DNA from: Collinsella sp.
GTDB taxonomy: Bacteria; Actinomycetota; Coriobacteriia; Coriobacteriales; Coriobacteriaceae
Assembly (NCBI GenBank): GCA_019419605.1
Contig: DXZP01000001.1
Coordinates: forward strand, 116,153-180,152
Length of the DNA stretch: 64,000 nucleotides
Direction of reading: 5' to 3'
The notes under the pieces are model-generated. The model made no database searches. It was not told the DNA's origin and saw only the letters and a list, made by a program, of their open reading frames with translations. Shown here in pieces: positions 60,380-64,000 of this stretch; within the stretch, counting starts at the first letter, position 1; every line of letters begins with the position of its first letter. The position numbers were made by a program, and so were the translations under genes.

Positions 60380-60418
60380 AAAAGGCCCCGAGCAGTTCAA
60401 TAAGCTGCTCGGGGCCTT
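60380..60418 (-). terminator. Intrinsic terminator after the PBP gene
   Basis: AAGGCCCCGAGCAG...CTGCTCGGGGCCTT with A-run on the left. Confidence 0.75.
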
Positions 60419-60440
60419 GTTGGCTTTAGTCGCGTACTTC

Positions 60441-62651
60441 TTAGCCGACCGTATCGTCAGGCGTGGGCGAGGGGTCGGGAGTGGGCGTGGGCGTAGGCGT
60501 AGGCGTGCCGCCATCGCCGCCGGTCGAACCACCAGTGGAGCCGCCCGTCGAGCCACCGGTCGTACCGGTGCCGCCGGTGGTGTCGCCGCCCGTGGTCTCG
60601 GTGGTCGTGGTCGTCGTGGTCGTCGTGGTCGTCGTGGTGGTTTCCTCTTCCTCTTCGTCCTTGTCCTTGTCCTTGTCGTCGTTCTCCGACTTCTTGGTGT
60701 TGTTGGTGCCGTAGAACTTCCAGACGCTGTTGTTCTTGTAGGTGGGCGCCGTTCCGGTCGCAAACTCCTCGCGCTCGGTACCGGTCAGAACGGTGTTCAT
60801 AAACCGCTTAAAGACAGGCAGGTTGGTGCTGTCGCCCAGCAGGTCCGTGCCGTACTTTTGGATGGGGATCTCGCCCGCGGAATAGCCGGTCCACAGGGCG
60901 CACGCCAGCTGCGGGGTATAGCCGCAGAACCACAGGTTGGTGGTGTTGTCGGTGGTGCCCGTCTTGCCGGCATAGGGCTGGTTGACACTCAGGGCGCCGG
61001 CAGCACCCGTACCGCTGCCCTGCATGACGCCGGACAGAACATCGGTGACCGCGGCGGCCTCGCCCTCGGTAAGCACCTGTGAGGGATTGTCGGTGTGCTG
61101 GTACAGCACCGAACCGGTACGAGAATCAATCTCGGTGATGGCGATCGGCTGGCGATAGTAGCCGCCGTTGGCAAACGTCGCGTAGGCGGCGGCCATCTCG
61201 AGTGGCGAGATCGAGCCGGTGCCGAGCGTCATGACGGGAACGTCCTCGATGTTGTCCTTGGCGGGGTCGATGCCGAGCTTTTTGACGAGCGAGATGATCT
61301 TGCTGTTGCCGACGGCTTCCGCCACCTGGATGTAGCCGGTGTTGGAGGAGTATGCCGTCGCCTGCTTAAGCGTGATGTTGCCATAGCTCTGGTTGGCGTA
61401 ATTTTGGACCTCAGTCGTGGTGCCCTTGGCCTTGAGCGGCGAGTTGCAGTTGAGGGTGACGTTGGGGTTCATGCCGTTTTGGATGGCAGTTGCCAGCGTA
61501 AAGGCCTTAAAGGTGGAGCCGACGGGACGCTTGGCCGTGGCATGGTTTACGTGGTTCTCGTCGGCGTTGTAGTCGTAGCCGCCCACCATGCACTTGATGT
61601 AGCCGGTCTTGGGGTCGACGACGACCATGCCCATGTCCAGGCCGTCAAGCGAGAGCGTGTCGAGCTGCTCGCGGACGGCATTCTCTGCCACCTGCTGCAT
61701 CGTGGGGTCGATGGTGGTCTTGACGGTCAGGCCGCCCTTAAAGAGCACGTCGGTCGAGAACTCCTGCTCCAGCAGCTGCTTGACGTAGGAGACAAAGTAG
61801 GGCTGCGAGTAAACGTCGACGCCGCTGCCCGAGATTTCGGTCACGTTGAGGGTGATGGGCTCGGCCTGTGCGGCATCGTGCTCCTCCTGGGTGATGTGGC
61901 CCAGGCGCAGCATGTTGTCGAGAACCTTGTTGCGGCGAGACAGTGCCAGATCGGGATTGACCGTGGGGTCGTACTGCGAGGGCGAGTTGGGAAGGCCGAT
62001 GAGTAGCGCGGCCTCGCTCAGGGTGAGGTCGGCGGCGCTCTTGGACAGATAGGTCTCGGCTGCGGCCTCGATGCCGTAGGCGCCGTGGCCGTAATAGATG
62101 GTGTTGAGGTACATCATGAGGATCTCGTCTTTGGAGTACATGTCCTCCATCTTGATGGCGATGTAGGCCTCGCGCACCTTACGCTCAATGGTCGAGTCGA
62201 ATTGCTCCTCCTGCAGGATGGTGTTGCGCACAAGCTGCTGGGTGATCGTCGAGGCGCCTTCGTGTCCGCCGCCGAGGGTTGCCACCGCAGCACGCGCGAT
62301 ACCCCACAGGTCGATACCGCCGTGCTCGTAGAAGCGCTCGTCCTCGACGTCAACGGTGCCCTGCAGCACGTAGGGGGAGACCTCGTCCTTGGTGATGGAC
62401 TTGCGGTTTTGCGTGTAGAAGCTCGCGATCTTGTTGCCGTTGCAGTCGACGATCTCGGTGGGCTCGCTCACCAGATACGCGTTGGCGTCGGTGTAGTCGG
62501 GCAGATCGGACAGCCAGCGGTTGACGTTGCCGACCATGCCGATGCCAAATGCCACGCCCGCAATCAGCAGAAAGCCCAAAAACGAGAGCAGGATTATGGG
62601 CAGAGCATGCGTCTTTGAACGGCTGCGTCCCTGTCGTTGGCGAGGACCCAT
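60441..62651 (-). CDS. Class A penicillin-binding protein (transglycosylase/transpeptidase) with Thr/Gly/Pro low-complexity tail
   Basis: EDERFYEH, GASTITQQL, RKVRE, STFK, SSN, KTGT. Confidence 0.95.
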   Translation of the reverse strand: MGPRQRQGRSRSKTHALPIILLSFLGFLLIAGVAFGIGMVGNVNRWLSDLPDYTDANAYLVSEPTEIVDCNGNKIASFYTQNRKSITKDEVSPYVLQGTVDVEDERFYEHGGIDLWGIARAAVATLGGGHEGASTITQQLVRNTILQEEQFDSTIERKVREAYIAIKMEDMYSKDEILMMYLNTIYYGHGAYGIEAAAETYLSKSAADLTLSEAALLIGLPNSPSQYDPTVNPDLALSRRNKVLDNMLRLGHITQEEHDAAQAEPITLNVTEISGSGVDVYSQPYFVSYVKQLLEQEFSTDVLFKGGLTVKTTIDPTMQQVAENAVREQLDTLSLDGLDMGMVVVDPKTGYIKCMVGGYDYNADENHVNHATAKRPVGSTFKAFTLATAIQNGMNPNVTLNCNSPLKAKGTTTEVQNYANQSYGNITLKQATAYSSNTGYIQVAEAVGNSKIISLVKKLGIDPAKDNIEDVPVMTLGTGSISPLEMAAAYATFANGGYYRQPIAITEIDSRTGSVLYQHTDNPSQVLTEGEAAAVTDVLSGVMQGSGTGAAGALSVNQPYAGKTGTTDNTTNLWFCGYTPQLACALWTGYSAGEIPIQKYGTDLLGDSTNLPVFKRFMNTVLTGTEREEFATGTAPTYKNNSVWKFYGTNNTKKSENDDKDKDKDEEEEETTTTTTTTTTTTTTETTGGDTTGGTGTTGGSTGGSTGGSTGGDGGTPTPTPTPTPDPSPTPDDTVG

Positions 62652-62813
62652 ATATTGACCTCCAGGTATGTCGTGCCGGACGGTGGATGTGCCGTCGGGG
62701 CAGGATGGACATAAGTTATTACACGATAAACCAAACGGGGCGCGCGAGGCCTCGTGTATGCTGGAAGACGGCATTTTTCAGAGTGAATGCATACCTTGGT
62801 AAGGAGTTTGTCG

Positions 62814-64000
62814 ATGGCGATTCGGACGATGGGGCCGAGCGGACAATACGAGACTGGATTGGATGCTGCCGGTGCGGCGCTGCCCGAGCTGCTGGCACCG
62901 GCGGGCGGACTCGACCAGATGCTTGCGGCCATCGCCGCGGGTGCCGATGCCATCTATGCGGGGTTGGGCGGCTTTAACGCCCGTGTGAGCGCCCATGGCT
63001 TTACGGATAACGAGTTTGCGCGCGGCTGCGCCGTGGCGCATGCCCATGGCGTGCGTGTGTACGTAACGCTCAACGTGTTCGTGTTTGACGATGAGTTGTC
63101 CGACGCGGTGGCGTTGGGAGCTCATGCACTGGAGCTGGGCGCCGATGCTCTGATTGTCGCCGATGCCGGGTTGGCCTGCGCGCTGCGCGCGGCGATTCCC
63201 GGGGTCGAGATTCACCTGTCCACGCAGGCGGGCGCTCATAGCGAGGGTGCCGTGCGGCTTGCCGCCGATGAGCTGGGGGTCGAGCGCGTGACGACGGCAC
63301 GCGAGCTGACGGTCGACGAGATTGCGGCGCTATGTGCCACGGGCGTGCCCATCGAGGTATTCTGCCACGGTGCGATTTGCATCGGCTATTCGGGGGCGTG
63401 CGAGTTCTCGGCCTTGCGGCGTGGGCGCTCGGCGATGCGCGGCGACTGCACGCAGCCGTGCCGTCTGGCGTACGACCTAGTGGACGAGGCGGGGCAGAGT
63501 GTTGTTGCCGTCGAGGGAGACCGCCTGCTTTGTCCGCGTGACTATCTGGGTATCGCGCACCTGCCCGAGCTTGTTGCCACCGGCGTGGCATCGCTCAAGA
63601 TCGAGGGACGCATGAAGAATCCCGATTACGTATTCAACGTGGTGAGGGTGTGGCGTCGGGCACTCGATATGCTGTGCGACGGCGCGTGGGACTCCGGTGC
63701 CGTGGAAGAGCTTGAACGCGAGCTGGGAAGGTCGTTTAACCGTGGGTTTACCGATGCTTACCTGCGGGGTCGTTCGGGTGCCGAGCTCATGAGCTTTGAG
63801 CGCGCGATCAACCAGGGCGTGCGCGTGGGCCACTTGGTGGCGGTGGGTCACGAAGAGGTGACGGTTGAGCTTGATGCCGCCGTGGCGGCGGGCGATACGC
63901 TCGAAATCCGATTTTACCCGGGTGCCGACGCGCGTCCCGATGTGCCCAAGCGCTGGCCACAGGTGCCTTGCCCCGTGGATGCCGCTGCGGGGGAGCGCAT
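62814..64000 (+). CDS. Second U32 peptidase-family (RlhA-like) protein, runs off the window end
   Basis: Hand translation: PELLAPAGG...GADAIYAG..FNAR, HLSTQ, HGAICIGYSGAC, KIEGRMK; AAGGAG RBS. Confidence 0.88.
   Translation, partial: MAIRTMGPSGQYETGLDAAGAALPELLAPAGGLDQMLAAIAAGADAIYAGLGGFNARVSAHGFTDNEFARGCAVAHAHGVRVYVTLNVFVFDDELSDAVALGAHALELGADALIVADAGLACALRAAIPGVEIHLSTQAGAHSEGAVRLAADELGVERVTTARELTVDEIAALCATGVPIEVFCHGAICIGYSGACEFSALRRGRSAMRGDCTQPCRLAYDLVDEAGQSVVAVEGDRLLCPRDYLGIAHLPELVATGVASLKIEGRMKNPDYVFNVVRVWRRALDMLCDGAWDSGAVEELERELGRSFNRGFTDAYLRGRSGAELMSFERAINQGVRVGHLVAVGHEEVTVELDAAVAAGDTLEIRFYPGADARPDVPKRWPQVPCPVDAAAGER

Noticed and set aside
60460..60680. Short tandem repeats in the PBP 3' end
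   Set aside because: They encode an ordinary Thr/Gly/Pro low-complexity tail.

Overview
High-GC gut-type actinobacterial chromosome segment; gene content and ribosomal proteins suggest Coriobacteriia, Collinsella-like (inference). Left: Gfo/Idh/MocA oxidoreductase, DeoR regulator, RluA and a U32/RlhA-type gene. An anaerobic purine/uric-acid catabolism cluster is split in two: ridA, YheO-like regulator, NCS2 permease, ssnA, ygfK, ferredoxin and Se-dependent xdh at 5.8-16.7 kb, and YheO-like regulator, dpaL/ygeX, ygeY, ygeW, mocA-like, hydA/hyuA, yqeC, yqeB and xdhC at 37.6-47.5 kb. Between the halves lies an ~20 kb defence-type accessory island with no visible integrase. It carries an AbiEi/Vsr-like nuclease gene, an AAA+ ATPase-nuclease, a DUF4143 pseudogene, a DEDDh exonuclease, a HEPN-CBS protein, an SNF2/DUF4391/Mod/Res type III RM-like operon and several unknown genes. 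Right: spc/alpha ribosomal cluster starting unusually at rplE, then truA, a GT2-like gene, argR, a class A PBP and a second U32 gene. The most novel signals are non-coding: two unrelated families of regularly phased, alternating inverted-repeat (hairpin) arrays with compensatory base changes. One is an exact 81-bp-period array at 2017-2316 bracketed by identical 40-bp elements. The other is a 61-62-bp-period family that flanks both sides of the AbiEi/Vsr-like nuclease gene, suggesting a REPIN/RAYT-analogous or guide-array system. Family assignments are from motif recognition only; no searches were run.
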